The position numbers and the translations under genes were made by a program. 33,630 nt of DNA from a virus (taxonomy: Duplodnaviria; Caudoviricetes): the IMG/VR virus record IMGVR_UViG_3300020365_000061, positions 1 to 33,630 of that record; one strand, given 5' to 3'. This document shows positions 1 to 10,100 of this stretch, piece after piece (within the stretch, counting starts at the first letter, position 1; each line of letters opens with the position of its first letter). Under the pieces are notes generated by a model that did not search any database, was not told the origin of the DNA, and saw only the letters and a list, made by a program, of their open reading frames with translations.

Positions 1-1
1 A

Positions 2-412
2 GCTGTGCTCAGAGACTGGCAACGGTCGAAGGCAAAGCAAGCCCCCAACTATCCTGCCGCACCGATGATGGTAGTCCCTATCCCCCTGTGGTCTAAGGAG
101 GAGAGGAACGCCTACGTTAAGGAGCGGGTCGCACTGCACCAACACGCTGAGTATGAAAGGCTGACTGGCGGTCACATCCCACACTGCTCTGATGAGGAGC
201 GGTGGAAAAAGGACGACTCGTTTGCTGTCAAGAAGAAGGGCAACAAGCGAGCATTACGAGTATTTAACTCTACGGAGGAGGCGGAGCAATTCATGGCAGA
301 CCAACAAGGTCTGGAGCTGGAGCATCGTGTCGGACGCTGTATCAGGTGTGAAGACAACTGGTGCAGAGTTGCAGACTGGTGTGAGCAGTACGAGAGCGAG
401 GCATGGTCATGA
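2..412 (+). CDS. Cas4-like / PD-(D/E)XK exonuclease, C-terminal part (5'-truncated by window)
   Basis: Frame is open from position 2. C-terminal Cys cluster RCEDNWCRVADWCEQY plus upstream HC resembles the Fe-S ligands of phage Cas4-like exonucleases. Lies close upstream of an annealase and SSB. Confidence 0.65.
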   Translation, partial: AVLRDWQRSKAKQAPNYPAAPMMVVPIPLWSKEERNAYVKERVALHQHAEYERLTGGHIPHCSDEERWKKDDSFAVKKKGNKRALRVFNSTEEAEQFMADQQGLELEHRVGRCIRCEDNWCRVADWCEQYESEAWS

Positions 413-633
413 TTCAGACTGACCCCGAGTTCTACCGCAAGGTTGTCGCATTGAATCAGATAACCACGCACAAACTAAAGATAACCGTTAGCGGAGACAG
501 CATTAGGTTTTATATCAGCGACAAGTACGTTGGTGATATGAACTCAGGACTGTTCTTCAAGCTAACGCCCAGTGAAATTCTCAAAACGATAGGAGTATCG
601 CATGAGCACAGAAAAGGATGGCTTATCTCTTGA
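403..633 (+). CDS. Hypothetical phage protein (76 aa)
   Basis: ATG overlaps the upstream stop region, GAGG upstream, fills the gap in the operon. Confidence 0.6.
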   Translation: MVMIQTDPEFYRKVVALNQITTHKLKITVSGDSIRFYISDKYVGDMNSGLFFKLTPSEILKTIGVSHEHRKGWLIS

Positions 634-970
634 GTCCTACATAGCGATCATCAAGCTAGAAGTAGGAGGCTCAACAAGAGTGACGAAGAACGTATGGATA
701 ATGGCATTTGATATTGAGGATGCGGAGGATTCGGCTAAGACACTCTGCAACAAGATCACGCCAAATTTCCCCGTTGATTGCATAGACCCAAAGGATTACC
801 CATATCACCCAGTGTGGAGAGTATCCACGGTAGTTGGCATGGGGGATGATCGCGTTGACCTCACGCTGGAAACCAGCTTTGAGAAGCTGGATGGTCGATG
901 GCTTGAAGATCAACTTGGTGTTCGCGAGGCCAACGAGCACTGGCTAGAACTATCGGAGAAAGTAGCATGA
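602..970 (+). CDS. Hypothetical phage protein (122 aa)
   Basis: AGGAG RBS before the ATG; ATGA overlap with the next gene. Confidence 0.7.
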   Translation: MSTEKDGLSLESYIAIIKLEVGGSTRVTKNVWIMAFDIEDAEDSAKTLCNKITPNFPVDCIDPKDYPYHPVWRVSTVVGMGDDRVDLTLETSFEKLDGRWLEDQLGVREANEHWLELSEKVA

Positions 971-1689
971 CCGCCGCCAAATCAAAGCACACATACGCCA
1001 GTGTGTGGAAGACACTGAGCGCCATAGACTGCTCTGAGAAAGCCGAGAAGAAAAACGGCTTGACCTACCTGTCTTGGGCGTGGGCGTGGGGCATCTTGAT
1101 GGAGCATTACCCAGAGGCCACATACCAGTTTCTCAACGAAGAGTGGGACAGCGAGGGCCGCGCCACTGTTTGGTGTAGCGTTAAGATAGGAGAGCTTGAT
1201 CGCCTCATGTGGCTACCTGTTATGGACTACAAGAACAAGGCGATTGTGAAGCCTGACACCAGAGCAGTATCTGACACTCGTATGCGCTGTCTGACGAAGT
1301 GTCTCGCCATGTACGGTCTGGGCCACTACATTTACGCTGGTGAGGATTTGCCCACCCAAACGGAGCCTGCGGCAGAAGAAAAGCCTGCACCCAAGAAGTC
1401 ACCCGCCAAGAAGGAACCGCCAAAAAAGGCCGACAACGTCACGCCCATAGGCGGCATACCCGACACTATTGGCGATCCTGAAGAGGCTTCCAAGGTGGTG
1501 GACTTTATCTGCCAAACGGCTGACACGTTCGCCACTGGCACCGAGCAGGAGCTGATCAGTTTTTGGAGCGATAACAAGAAGGTTATCGACTTGCTGGACA
1601 GCGACTATCCCGAGCATTTCACGCAACTGAAGGCGCATTTTGGCGCTCTCAGGCAATCCCTGAAAAACAAGGAGTCTAACGATGAGTAA
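967..1689 (+). CDS. Sak/Sak3-type (DUF1071, Rad52-like) single-strand annealing recombinase
   Basis: Signature KKNGLTYLSWAWAW...LPVMDYKNKA...MRCLTKCLAMYGLGHYIYAGEDLP, followed by a P/K/A-rich linker and C-terminal domain. Confidence 0.88.
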   Translation: MTAAKSKHTYASVWKTLSAIDCSEKAEKKNGLTYLSWAWAWGILMEHYPEATYQFLNEEWDSEGRATVWCSVKIGELDRLMWLPVMDYKNKAIVKPDTRAVSDTRMRCLTKCLAMYGLGHYIYAGEDLPTQTEPAAEEKPAPKKSPAKKEPPKKADNVTPIGGIPDTIGDPEEASKVVDFICQTADTFATGTEQELISFWSDNKKVIDLLDSDYPEHFTQLKAHFGALRQSLKNKESNDE

Positions 1690-1990
1690 GTACCACAAGA
1701 CCGATGGCGGTCTATGGCCTAACAAGGACAAGGCCAAGCCAACCCACCCTGACATGAAGGGGAACGTGAAGATCAGCTCTGAGCAGATGAAAGGGTTGAT
1801 CGCGCAGGCAAAGGAGGGCAAGGAGCCTAAGATTCAGATCGCCTCATGGAACCGCAAGGCAAAGGACACTGGGCAGGAATACCAGTACGTCACGGCTGAA
1901 GTGTTTTGGGATGCAGAGGCACAAGCCGCTCCCCCGCCCCCGCCCAAACCCCAGCCGATTGAGCTGGAAGAAGACGACATTCCGTTTTGA
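1682..1990 (+). CDS. ssb: Single-stranded DNA-binding protein (phage SSB-like)
   Basis: HPDMKG...IASW OB-fold-like core, Pro-rich linker and acidic C-tail EEDDIPF. AAGGAG RBS. Directly follows the annealase. Confidence 0.78.
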   Translation: MSKYHKTDGGLWPNKDKAKPTHPDMKGNVKISSEQMKGLIAQAKEGKEPKIQIASWNRKAKDTGQEYQYVTAEVFWDAEAQAAPPPPPKPQPIELEEDDIPF

Positions 1991-2310
1991 TCAGGTCTAA
2001 AAAACTGCTCGACGCGGCGAAGGATCAGTCCTGTGTCAACTGCGGTGTCAGGGATGGCACCGTGGTTGCGGCTCACTACACCGGTCTACGCGCACACCTG
2101 CTTGGTAAGGGGACGGGTCACAAGCCGCATGATCTAGCTATCGCTGACCTCTGCCACAAGTGCCACTATCAATTTGATGTGGCTGGTGGCGGGGGGACTT
2201 TTGAGAAGAAGATCGACAGGTCAGAACAGTTCCTGTTCAACATAGTCAAAACATTGATGCGCCGTATTGATCAGGGCGTCATCACGATAGAAGGAATGAA
2301 GGATGAGTGA
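1987..2310 (+). CDS. DUF1364/YbcO-like Zn-binding HNH-type nuclease
   Basis: RSKKLLDAAK..CVNC...VVAAH...GTGHKPHD...LCHKCH pattern. TTG start overlaps the upstream TGA. Confidence 0.75.
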   Translation: MIRSKKLLDAAKDQSCVNCGVRDGTVVAAHYTGLRAHLLGKGTGHKPHDLAIADLCHKCHYQFDVAGGGGTFEKKIDRSEQFLFNIVKTLMRRIDQGVITIEGMKDE

Positions 2311-2738
2311 TGGAGATACATCTACCAAAGAGCAGAGTAGTCAAGCGGATGCGAGTGCTTCAATCTCTGTGTCAGGAGTTTCCGCAAGTAGCACCACAAA
2401 TACTGGAGGTCAATCTTCAGTCGAAGCACGGAGTAACTCTGGAGGTGAAACCATTACGGACTCACCGATCAAGACCGCAAGAAAATTACTACAGAAAATG
2501 GTGCGGTGGGTTCGCAAAGTTCTGCGGATTGACCCCTGACGAGATGCACAACGAGCTTCTCTGCCAGTGCTATGGTTCAGAGGAGATCGACACCAAGTTC
2601 GGGGTAGTTCGACGCCCAGTGAAGCGTAGCAACGATGCTACCCGTGGTGACTACTCCGAGCTTATCGAAACATTATGCAGGGTGGCGGCAGAGATGGGAT
2701 TTGACGTGCCGCCCCCAGCCACAGAGGAGTCATTATGA
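2307..2738 (+). CDS. ninB: NinB/Orf-like recombination accessory protein
   Basis: RSRPQENYYRKW...PDEMHNEL...RSNDATRGDYSELIE...AAEMG matches the NinB-family layout. Start is GTG 2307 or ATG 2310 (TGATG overlap). Confidence 0.65.
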   Translation: MMEIHLPKSRVVKRMRVLQSLCQEFPQVAPQILEVNLQSKHGVTLEVKPLRTHRSRPQENYYRKWCGGFAKFCGLTPDEMHNELLCQCYGSEEIDTKFGVVRRPVKRSNDATRGDYSELIETLCRVAAEMGFDVPPPATEESL

Positions 2739-2947
2739 CGGGCAAGTTTACGCTCAAACTTGAGGGCGAGGCGTACACGGATGCCATTGCTACTGCTGAC
2801 AAGTTTATAGAGACGGTGGTCGAAAGACTGGCACGGATTGAGGAGCTTGTGGAGGACAATCGTGATGCCGTAGAGAATATCTCTGAGGCAATCAAGTCAC
2901 TAGAAAACGCGGTGAGGATATTGAACGATGGGCAAGATGACTCGTAA
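2735..2947 (+). CDS. Hypothetical coiled-coil protein (70 aa)
   Basis: GAGGAG RBS, ATGA overlap, heptad-like helical sequence. Confidence 0.7.
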   Translation: MTGKFTLKLEGEAYTDAIATADKFIETVVERLARIEELVEDNRDAVENISEAIKSLENAVRILNDGQDDS

Positions 2948-3215
2948 GCAGGCGTGGTGGGAATGGCATAAGCAAAACCCCCATGTTTACGAGTTGTTCA
3001 AGAGGTTTACCTTCCAAGCGATCAGGCGCGGACACAAGAGGTGTAGTGCTTGGCTGATAGTCAATAGGATACGGTGGGAGACTGCGATTGAGACATCTGG
3101 TTGCGACTTCAAGATTAGCAATGATTTTATCGCTTACTACGCCCGTTTATTCATGGCGCACCATCCTGAACATGAGGGTTTTTTCGTGACAAAGAAGATG
3201 AAGGGGGATGCTTGA
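2928..3215 (+). CDS. Phage hypothetical protein (95 aa)
   Basis: GAGGA upstream. Motifs HKQNPHVYELF, RIRWET, FKISNDFIAYYARLFM resemble a recurrent phage protein type. Confidence 0.75.
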   Translation: MGKMTRKQAWWEWHKQNPHVYELFKRFTFQAIRRGHKRCSAWLIVNRIRWETAIETSGCDFKISNDFIAYYARLFMAHHPEHEGFFVTKKMKGDA

Positions 3216-3341
3216 GTGACTAAAGACCTGCCTGAGTATGTATTACCCCTTATCTGTGTGTGTTTTTACTCGCTGTGGTGCGTTTTGTCGGCAGATGAGG
3301 GTGTTATTTTTGGGACAATGTTCGCGTTTGTATCATGGTGA
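3216..3341 (+). CDS. Small hydrophobic protein, 41 aa (MTKDLPEYVLPLICVCFYSLWCVLSADEGVIFGTMFAFVSW); not in ORF track
   Basis: GTG immediately after the TGA at 3213-3215, GGGGG purine tract ~8 nt upstream, two hydrophobic segments. Confidence 0.45.
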   Translation: MTKDLPEYVLPLICVCFYSLWCVLSADEGVIFGTMFAFVSW

Positions 3342-3356
3342 GCAAAGATATATGCT
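3328..3356 (+). promoter_or_regulatory. Possible sigma70-type promoter for the secreted-protein gene
   Basis: TTGTAT (3328-3333), 17-nt spacer, TATGCT (3351-3356), then AGGAG RBS at 3383-3387. Only a partial match to consensus. Confidence 0.3.
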
Positions 3357-3393
3357 GATAAACTTGAGCTTCGTCCACCAACAGGAGTCTGTG

Positions 3394-3729
3394 ATGTTAA
3401 AATATCTTGCCGCCATTGTCGCACTGATAATCCCGTCAGCTTTGTATGGTCAGACGGTGATCTACTACGAAGACGGCACGGCTTACACGCTCAAGGACAA
3501 TGAGCATGTGTATGTCAGCAAGGCCAGAAAGATGTATCAGAAAAAGGACTACGATAACGGTAACGTGTACTTTACACACAAGAAGCCGAATGATCAGGTA
3601 GACCCAGAAGAATCTCCTACGGATGGCTTAGAGCCGGGTTCTCCGGCTTGGTGTGACGCTTATACCCCCTATCTGCTGGGGTATACATGGGACGATCAGA
3701 TTTACGAAAGAGCCTGCGACCAAGGCTAA
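3394..3729 (+). CDS. Secreted/periplasmic protein with signal peptide (111 aa), moron-like
   Basis: AGGAG RBS before ATG 3394. MLKYLAAIVALIIPSALYG signal peptide. Two C-terminal Cys. The ORF-track start at 3238 is probably too long. Confidence 0.75.
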   Translation: MLKYLAAIVALIIPSALYGQTVIYYEDGTAYTLKDNEHVYVSKARKMYQKKDYDNGNVYFTHKKPNDQVDPEESPTDGLEPGSPAWCDAYTPYLLGYTWDDQIYERACDQG

Positions 3730-4175
3730 GGTATTCGTCCCTCAGCCCTGTGGTGATGTACGTTAATGAGGTGCTGATTGATGATGTCCTCCTTTGACTG
3801 GCCGTAATACGGCACAGCAAGAAGCTCATCCAGCAGAATATCGTTAAGGCTTCTGGGCTGATAACCCTCTGTATCGGGCGCCTCTGGCATAAACACCTCA
3901 GCCAGTATGCGTCCGAATTTACCCCGCCCATCTAGGTGTGTTTTCAGCAGGACTTCTGATTCTTCTGGGATCATCTGGGACACATAGTCCTTTGCCAAAT
4001 TGCCAAGCGCCTTTAGCTCTTCTGTCCCGCCACGAGTCTCTGCCGTGTCAATACCATACAGCCTAACTGATTGATTTTTAAGGGTTATATCAAATCCGCA
4101 ATTTATATCAAATATGACACTATCGCCGTCAATGCACCTGACCACTGTCGCTTTGTACAAATATGTCAGGAGCAA
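3726..4175 (-). CDS. Thermonuclease (SNase-like) family nuclease
   Basis: YKATVVRCIDGDS...VRLYGIDTAE...GKFGRILAEV...LND catalytic pattern. GGAGG RBS before TTG. Confidence 0.9.
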   Translation of the reverse strand: MLLTYLYKATVVRCIDGDSVIFDINCGFDITLKNQSVRLYGIDTAETRGGTEELKALGNLAKDYVSQMIPEESEVLLKTHLDGRGKFGRILAEVFMPEAPDTEGYQPRSLNDILLDELLAVPYYGQSKEDIINQHLINVHHHRAEGRIP

Positions 4176-4190
4176 GGTAACCTCCAGAAA

Positions 4191-7100
4191 TCAGTAAGTT
4201 GACTGGAACGCAGGAGCGTCTCTCAGGCGCTTTAGCTCAGGAACGACTGCCTTTAACTCGTCATTTATCGTGGCGTCTATTTGCTCCATGAGCTTCTGTT
4301 TTTTCTTGGGGTCTATATCGGCGGCAAGAATCTGCTCCTTCTCCTGACGCGCCTTAGTCATTCGGTTTCTGAGGTAGTAGACATCGTCTTTCAAGGCAAG
4401 AACGTGAGAACGACCGGCAATGAACGCCCTTAGCTCGTTAAGCCTGCCAGAGTCCTCAAGCTCGTTCATCGTTCTGACAACCTCTTGGATGTCGTAATAC
4501 ATGTCGTATACGTCCGCCCTCAAGCCACCTCCCTCCTTCCTTCCGAAGAAGCGCCGCCATAACGGAAACTCAAACATGTTTTTGGATGGACGTTCGCCAG
4601 CAAACCCGATGTCATCACCAAGCGCCCCGTCAATCGTTGATCTATATAAGACGTCTGCCAGCCCCACCGCATAGGAGCCAAGAGTTCCTGTATAACCCCT
4701 GACCACATGGTCTATCTTCATGGGGCTTATATTTAACAACTCACCAACATCAGCGATAAACTCTGGAGTGTTCATTGTTGTTTGCAGTCCGGGTGTTATC
4801 TGACTCATGTAGATTGGGACAACCGGCCTTCCGGTAAAAGCGCTTCGATTGAGAGCGGCCTCTGCAAATGGGGCTATGATCTGGAAGCCAAGCGGGTTGA
4901 TCTCAAGCGTTGACTCTATGCCACGCTGTATGGTCTCTCGCGTTTCCCTGTCAGACTGCCTGCCAGCGAAGTTGGCAAGCATTGCCTCTGGAAGCGTCTT
5001 GAACAACAGGCCGACCTCAAACGGAATGGGTAGTTTAAATGGCACGCCCCACGGAGTGGGTATCAACCAGTTAAGCTCTCTGACCTCTTCATCCTGCTCC
5101 TCATACCAATCATTTCCGCTTGCAAGCGCATAGTAAAGGGCGGTGACGCCGATCATCGTGCTGGCGCGGACAGCTAGTCTTAGCTGTATCTTGGATTTTT
5201 GCTCTTCTCTTACCGCTGAATAATCACCACCAAGAGAGCGCATGAACACATCCAGACCTTGGAAACGTGCGTTCAGGAACGGTATTGTCGCTGTAATAAG
5301 TTTCACATAAGGGTTAGAACCGCGTCTGGAGAAGTTGATGATTTCCATCGCTTGAAACGCGGCCTCTGCCTCATTGCCTGTTCTGGCAAGAACATCGTCA
5401 TAAACAGCCTGTCTGGTTGCCGCGTCCGATTTGGTTGTAAAGTCGCCAGCCACATTCCACAGGTTGACGAACATGTTTATGGGGTCGCCAGAAATACCCC
5501 TCTTTCTGGTTTCGTTTTCATAAAACTTGCCAATGTCCGCCCTGTCTATCGCGAAGTCATACCCGCCGACCACACCAAGTTTTTCTAGGCGCTCAAGATC
5601 ATCGTTGAATCTCCCGAAAGTGTCCTTGAACGGTGTAAAGTCAGCACCAGAAGTTGCCCATGTAGACAGCGTATCCCGCATCATGTTGGCAAACATAAAG
5701 CCGGGGTCTCTGGTCACCATCTCACGCAAGAAGCTGGCTGGCATTCCAAGGTATTTCTCTGCCATTGGAAAGCCAATACCGGCAGATGACAGCAACGAGT
5801 CGTGTATTAGGTTGTCATCAATCTCAAACTTGACCTTGTTGCCGTTGATTTTGAAGGTAACATAGTTGCCGTCTTTTTCTGGGGTGTCTTTGGGAACCTG
5901 CCTTGCCAGACCCAAGTTCTGCATGTCCCTGACTATGCGTTGCTGTGCGACATTCTTCATGCCCATATCGATTGCGGCGTTGAGGTTCGTTGTCACAGAC
6001 TCAACTAAGCCAACGTCCACAGCCTTTTCACTGCCGCGATATGCAACAAACTCTGCCATGCGAGACAGATCGCCAAACACGTTCTTTGCGTTTCTTGGTA
6101 GGTTGTCTTTCTCTCCCGTCCTGTAGAACGGTATGTATGAAGAGTCACGCCATACGTCTGCGGTTTCGTCGTTAAGAATGCCCGTATCTCTGAGGAAGTC
6201 TATCGTCTTGTCGTTGTACGCCATCCAAACTTCGTGCCAGCCTTTGATGGGGTTGTATCCATCGCTCTGCGTCAGCGCGTCTACCTCCGCAAGAATCTCC
6301 CTTCGGGTCTTGGGATCGACAGGACTTAGCTGTCCCCGCTTATCAAGATAGTTTCCGCGCTGAACCATCGCATAGGCTTGAGCCAACTTTCTTAAATCGC
6401 CGTCCTCTTTGTTGTGTATCAGTGACATCACGCCTATCAAGCCGCGATATGTGCCATTCAACCTCTTATACTTTTTGCTTGTGTGCGTAAAATCTTCTAC
6501 CTTCGTCAGGCCATCTCTGTATACAGGCACGCCATACTTGATCGCAGATGCAAGTATTGCCTTTGACTTATCAGCAAAAAGAGCCGCCGCCATAGCACTG
6601 GAATCAGCTTCTAGCTCTCTCAGACCGGGAATTTTCTGATAATACTTCTCTAGCGGCGCGTACCTGTTGATTGCACCTTTCTTCAGTCTGGTGAAAAACG
6701 TCCCGATGTCGCCAATGTCGGTGGCGTCCATGAAGACCTTGAAGTTGGGCGCTTCCCGATCTGGGCCTTTTGTCAGCTTATCGACGGCGGCACTGTCCTT
6801 CTTCTTTGAGAACATTTCTTCGTCGGGCGGCGGCTTTAACCCAGCGTCTGGGTTTCTTGCAATGTATTGCGCTTCGGGAGACGCCTTTACGCTAAATCGG
6901 GGGACAGACTGGGGGTTGTCTTTTATTGCTTCTAGATTGTCAGCAACAGCTTTTTCTACCTTCGCTGGATCAATCTTTCTTTTGGAGGGAGACGGGGCGT
7001 CCACCCCTGCTTCATCTGCCTCCCTTCCCTTTCCTTTGAATGATTTGTCCTCAGCCTTTTGGATCGCATCTTCCGCATCTTGCTCTGCCGCACGCTTTAC

Positions 7101-10100
7101 TCTGCGACTGAACATTTCATCATCAACTTCCGGCGCATCCTCCATGCGCTGACCCTTCTTTTCCTCGGGCGTCTCTCTCCTTTCCTCTCTCACAACGTCC
7201 CTCAAGACGTATGGTTTGCGGTCGCCTGTTCTCGTTGCCAAATCAGCAGTGGTTATGCCTCGTTCTGTGTCTTGACGCGCTTCGTAATCTCGCTCTAGTG
7301 CCGTCCTGACTACGCCTCGCTCCCTGCGGCCAACCCTGCCGCCTTGTATCTCATCAACCAGTGCCTTGAACGAGTCAATGTCAGTGTCAGCCCTCTCTGC
7401 TATGCCAACCAAATCCTTGAAGAAATCGACTATCTTCTTAAAGATAGCCGCCGGTTTGCCGGTAGGCTTGGTAACCTTATTGTCAATAACTACGCCATCT
7501 GTAAGGGCATCAGAGATCATCTCTGCAATCGCTTCTTCCTGCTGGCGTATCGCATCCAAGCCCTCATAATTCTTTGTTGCCCACTGACCATATGTCATCC
7601 CGTCTCCGGGCTTTTCATACTTGCGGCTCAATCGTTCAAGAAGGCTGTATTCCTCTCTGGTAAACAAGTCCATTCTGCGCAGGGCGTGAACGATCTCATG
7701 GTTCATGGCTCTAGCAACGGCCTCTTCGTAGGTTGCGCCGTCCTTTACGCGATCCCTGACGCCTTCAAGACCAACCTGAATGACCCTAGCGCCTGCGGTG
7801 AAAACGCCATACTCTTGCGCGTCGGCATCCATGTCTCTTGGATCGCGACCGAGAATGTATATATTTCCGTCGGAATCTCTACGAGCCGTACCGAGCTTCT
7901 CAACAAGTCGGACTGAAACTTCGTCGCTAACTCCAAACTTGTTCAGCATATCCTTGAGTTGTTGTGCAAGACCCGACGTCTCTATGTCGTACTCAGCGAC
8001 CTCCATGCCCTGCTCTACGCCCTGTTCGGCGCGATCTATGCGAGGGCCAGCGGTGCGCCTAGCCTCATCTTCTACCCTACGAGCCTCTGCCCTGCTGGTT
8101 GCTCTCTGAGCTATGACATCTGCTGGGTCTGCATCGACCTCAACCTGACGGCGAGCACGGCGAACGGTCTCTGCGTCTGGCGTCTTAACACTGAAGTCAG
8201 GAATTTTTGTGGCTTGAGACTCAAAGCTGGGAAGGCGTCTAATTCTGTGATACAGATATCGACGGTCGTTGGGGCTTAGGTTTGCAAGAGGGTCTTTTTT
8301 GGGAGGGGTCTTGCCGAGGGTCTTTTTGATTAAGCCGCGAAACTCGTTTGAGTTTACATCAACATCCATCCGCTTACGGGCAAGCAACTCCTTGAACGCC
8401 CTTTCTGACGATATAGCGTTTTCAAAAGAGCTACTAAAGGTTTTTAGTGCTTGCTGGCGACGGCCTAGAGCTGGCTGTCTGGGGCGCGTAGGGGATGTGG
8501 GCGATTCTGTGGGGCGAGGGTCATCACGAAACGCCAAGAAATCTGCATCTTTTTCGGCAATAACATCGCCAAGTCTGCCGATATCCCCTTTATTAGCGGC
8601 TCTTATCTCCTTGAGCGAAACAAAGTCAGACTGAACAGAGGTTATCTCGTCTGTTGTTGCCTTCCTTTTCTCATTCTTGAGTATTTCGTTTTCTTTCTGC
8701 TTTGCTCTTGACCTGTTGATAGCAGAGCCTATGTCTCGGCCAGTGGCTAGGTTTGCATCTGCAACGCTGATCACCCTCTCAGAATCAGAAAGAACCGCTC
8801 GACCGAGTCGCTTTGCCTCGTCAGCCTGTATGTTGTCGTATTCAAGGCCAGCGTTATCAACAATATAGTCGATCTCTGCGGTCTTTCGTAACTGCTGGCT
8901 TGTTCCTGTTAGCCTGTTAGCAAGCTCCTGCGCGGACAAGGGATCGTCAAATGCCGGGCCAAACTGCTCTCCATCTTGCTCTACAAAGCTCTTTCTGCCT
9001 TCAGTCTTGACGTTAAACTGCGCGTCTACAGGCAACCTAGAGCCAGACACTCTAATAACGTCGTTAGCAATTGATTCTAAATCGCGATTTGGATCGAGCT
9101 GACTGGTATCTAGCGGGTCTTTTCTGACCTCATCAGGCATGGTAGGACCGGTAAATCTTTCGCCAGTGCCAGCAGAAACGACATCATCCATTTCGCGCCG
9201 CCGCGCCGCCTCTTTTCTTGACTCTTCCTCTCTTCTCTCTTGCTCCTGACCGATCTCTTCTTCGGTAAGCTCCTGCATTTCAGAAGGCGCTTTCGCTTTC
9301 GGGCCTCGACTGGCAACAGAGCCCAGCACCAACTCAAATATGGCGCCAGCGCCGCCACCAAGTTGGAAGTCCTCTACCGCGCTTTCACCGATCTTTCGGT
9401 CTTCGTCGTAAATGGCGAGGGTGGTCATATCTCTGGCGATGCTCTGCATAGCCTCTTGAGCGCCTTCCCTGACACCCTGTCGCAAAACATCTTCCATCCT
9501 GTTGAGGTGCTTGCTTCCCTCTGGGGTGAGGAAATGTCCCTTCGGTAGACCCTTTAGAACCCTAGAAGGGAAACCAAACTGCTCCAATCTCCCGAGAGCT
9601 ATATCCGTGCCCTTCGATGCCAGTCTCTCAAAGGTGCTAAGCTCTTCGCCTGTCCTCGCCTCGTACTCTGCGCGATCCATGCCGCCTTCAGAGACAGACG
9701 GGCCGATCATCGTGGCAAGCTGTACGGCTCTTGCAGGCAATCCTCCCGGCAAGAAGAAAGACCCAACCATCGGCACCATTTCGCCAACAACGGTGCCTAA
9801 TTGAGCGGCATAAGTGTCATCGTAAGCAGGGTCGTAGGCGAGCTTATCAGCGACAAACTGATCTATATCTCGCTGTACCTCGCGAGCGGAATCATCGTCA
9901 ACTCCGGGGATTAGCTCGGCAAGACCAGTTCCGATGCGCGAAAGGCCGGTAACTGTGCCGCCAAGACCACGCTTACCAAACTCACCCAAGCCTCCAAGGA
10001 ATGTTGTGTCATCCTCTGGAACCTCACCCACCGGAGCAATGTCGGAAAAGAAAAGGTCGGGAAAATCTGCTTTGGAGGCGATATTGTTTGCTATCGCAAG

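Noticed and set aside
2-412. Cas4-like gene as evidence of a CRISPR-Cas system
   Set aside because: No other cas genes or array; stand-alone Cas4-like nucleases are normal next to phage annealases.
3238-3393. N-terminal extension of the secreted protein given in the ORF track
   Set aside because: Strong RBS and signal peptide start at 3394; the upstream region is better explained by a small ORF in another frame plus a possible promoter.
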